From: Eledone cirrhosa
Taxonomy: Eukaryota
DNA length: 64,000 bases
Assembly: GCA_964016885.1 (NCBI GenBank)
Contig: CAXHJY010000696.1
Coordinates: 577-64,576 of the forward strand
Direction of reading: 5' to 3'
Position numbers and translations under genes: made by a program. The notes beneath the pieces are model-generated. The model ran no database searches. It saw only the letters and a list, made by a program, of their open reading frames with translations, and was not told the DNA's origin. Below, in pieces: positions 62,091-64,000 of this stretch (the first letter of the stretch is position 1; each line of letters begins with the position of its first letter).

Positions 62091-64000
62091 GTGGAAGGAA
62101 GTATGACAGTAATGATGTATTGAAGGAAGGAAGGAGTGGAAGGAAGTATGACTGTAATGATGTATTGAAGGAAGGAAGTAGTGGAAGGAAGTATGACTGT
62201 AATGATGCATTGAAGGAAGGAAGGAGTGGAAGGATGTATGACTGTAATGATGTATTAAAGGAAGGAGGGAGTGGGAGGAAGTATGACTGTAATGATGCAT
62301 TGAAGGAAGGAAGGAGTGGAAGGATGTATGACTGTAATGATGTATTGAAGGAAGGAGGGAGTGGGAGGAAGTATGACTGTAATGATGTATTGAAGAAAGG
62401 AAGGAGTGGAAGGAAGTATGACTGTAATGATGTATTGAAGGAAGGAAGGAGTGGAAGGAAGTATGACTGTAATGATGCATTGAAGGAAGGAAGGAGTGGA
62501 AGGATGTATGACTGTAATGATGTATTAAAGGAAGGAGGGAGTGGGAGGAAGTATGACTGTAATGATGCATTGAAGGAAGGAAGGAGTGGAAGGATGTATG
62601 ACTGTAATGATGTATTGAATGAAGGAAGGAGTGGAAGGAAGTATGACTGTAATGATGTATTGAAGGAAGGAAGGAGTGGAAGGAAGTATGACTGTAATGA
62701 TGTATTGAAGGAAGGAAGGAGGGAGTGGGAGGAAGTATGACTGTAATGATGTATTGAAGAAAGGAAGGAGTGGAAGGAAGTATGACTGTAATGATGTATT
62801 GAAGGAAGGAAGGAGTGGAAGGAAGTATGACTGTAATGATGTATTGAAGGAAGGAGTGGAAAGGAAGTATGACTGTAATGATGTATTGAAGGAAGGAGTG
62901 GAAGGAAGTATGACTGTAATGATGTATTGAAGGAAGGAGTGGAAGGAAGTATGACAGTAAGGATGTATTGAAGGAAGGAGTGGAAGTAAGTATGATTGTA
63001 GTGATGTATTGAACGAATGAAGGATTGGATGGAAGTATAACTGTAATGATGTATTGAAGGAACGAAGGAAGGAGTGGAAGGAAGTATGACTGTAATGATG
63101 TATTGAAGGAAGGAAGGAGTGGAAGGAAGTATGACAGTAATGATGTATTGAAGGAAGGAAGGAGTGGAAGGAAGTATGACTGTAATGATGTATTGAAGGA
63201 GGGAAGGAAGGCGTGGAAGGAAGTATGACTGTAATGATGTATTGAAGGAGGGAAGGAAGGCGTCGAAGGAAGTATGACTGTAATGATGTATTGAAGGAGG
63301 GAAGGAAGGAGTGGAAGGAAGTATGACTGTAATGATGTATTGAAGGAAGGAAGGAGTGGAAGGAAGTATGACTGTAATGATGTATTGAAGGAGGGAAGGA
63401 AGGCTTGGAAGGAAGTATGACTGTAATGATGTATTGAAGGAGGGAAGGAAGGCGTCGAAGGAAGTATGACTGTAATGATGTATTGAAGGAGGGAAGGAAG
63501 GAGTGGAAGGAAGTATGACTGTAATGATGTATTGAAGGAAGGAAGGAGTGGAAGGAAGTATGTATGTAATGATGTATTGTAGGAGGGAAGGAAGGAGTGG
63601 AAGGAAGTATGACTGTAATGATGTATTGAAGGAAGGAAGGAGTGGAAGGAAGTATGTCTGTAATGATATATTGAAGGAGTGAAGGAAGGTGGGGAAGGAA
63701 GTATGACTGTAACGATGTATTGCAGGAAGGAAGAAGTGGAAGGAAGTATGACTGTAATGATGTATTGAAGGAGTGAAGGAAGGAGTGGAAGGAAGTATGA
63801 CTGTAATGATTTATTGAAGGAAGGAAGGAGTGGAAGGAAGTATGACTGTAATGATGTATTGAAGGAAGGAAGGAGTTGAAAGAAGTATGTCTGTAATGAT
63901 GTATTGAAGGAGGGAAGGAAGGAGTGGAAGGAAGTATGACTGTAATGATGTATTTAAGGAAGGAAGGAGTGGAAGGAAGTATGACTGTAATGATGTATTG

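Larger units (their letters stand above)
1..64000. repeat. Tandem satellite array, 45-bp consensus TATGACTGTAATGATGTATTGAAGGAAGGAAGGAGTGGAAGGAAG, with 41/42/49/53-bp length variants; runs off both window edges
   Basis: The motif recurs continuously from the first to the last base in one orientation. The ORF track returns only translations of the unit (KEGRSGRKYDCNDVL; PSFNTSLQSYFLPLL; SFLQYIITVILPSTP; PSIHHYSHTSFHSFL). Confidence 0.99.

Noticed and set aside
2580-62570. Very long minus-strand ORFs (up to 1,747 aa)
   Set aside because: They overlap in multiple frames, switch among three repeat peptides at every GAAG indel, and have no unique domain. Openness follows from the absence of TTA/CTA/TCA in the consensus.
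1-64000. CRISPR-like alternation of a constant 20-bp unit and a variable segment
   Set aside because: The 'spacers' are all near-identical GAAG tracts rather than unique sequences. There is no leader and no cas gene.
1-64000. Telomeric repeat, human satellite II/III (GGAAT)n or CENP-B box
   Set aside because: No TTAGGG/TTAGG arrays; GGAAT appears only as a sporadic variant; no CENP-B box motif was seen.
1-64000. Canonical G-quadruplex array
   Set aside because: The consensus has only GG runs, and variants give at most about two GGG runs per monomer. Only weak two-tetrad structures are conceivable.
1-64000. TpG richness as a signature of methyl-CpG decay
   Set aside because: Decay should leave both TpG and CpA on a strand, but the plus-strand consensus has no CpA. 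Strand composition explains the pattern equally well.
1-64000. Inversions or embedded unique/mobile sequence
   Set aside because: No CTTCC-rich reverse-orientation segment or non-satellite stretch was seen on reading through.

Overview
The whole 64 kb window is one uninterrupted head-to-tail satellite array of roughly 1,400 monomers (estimated from length). All monomers lie in the same orientation. Consensus monomer (45 bp): TATGACTGTAATGATGTATT-GAAGGAAGGAAGGAGTGGAAGGAAG, i.e. a nearly length-invariant 20-bp AT-rich module plus a purine module that varies mainly in GAAG steps (41/45/49/53 bp). I found no unique sequence, gene, RNA gene, transposon, CRISPR array or inversion. Every listed ORF is a translation of the repeat. 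I cannot identify the organism or the satellite family, and I see no support for a new protein-coding system. What is interesting is the internal architecture: a near-perfect 2,530-bp tandem duplication, many local higher-order repeats (90, 94, 98, 184, 192/384, 294 bp), long-range duplicated blocks, regionally segregated variant subfamilies, microhomology-bounded deletions and a quasi mirror-symmetric monomer. Coordinates were read by eye and may be off by a few bases.
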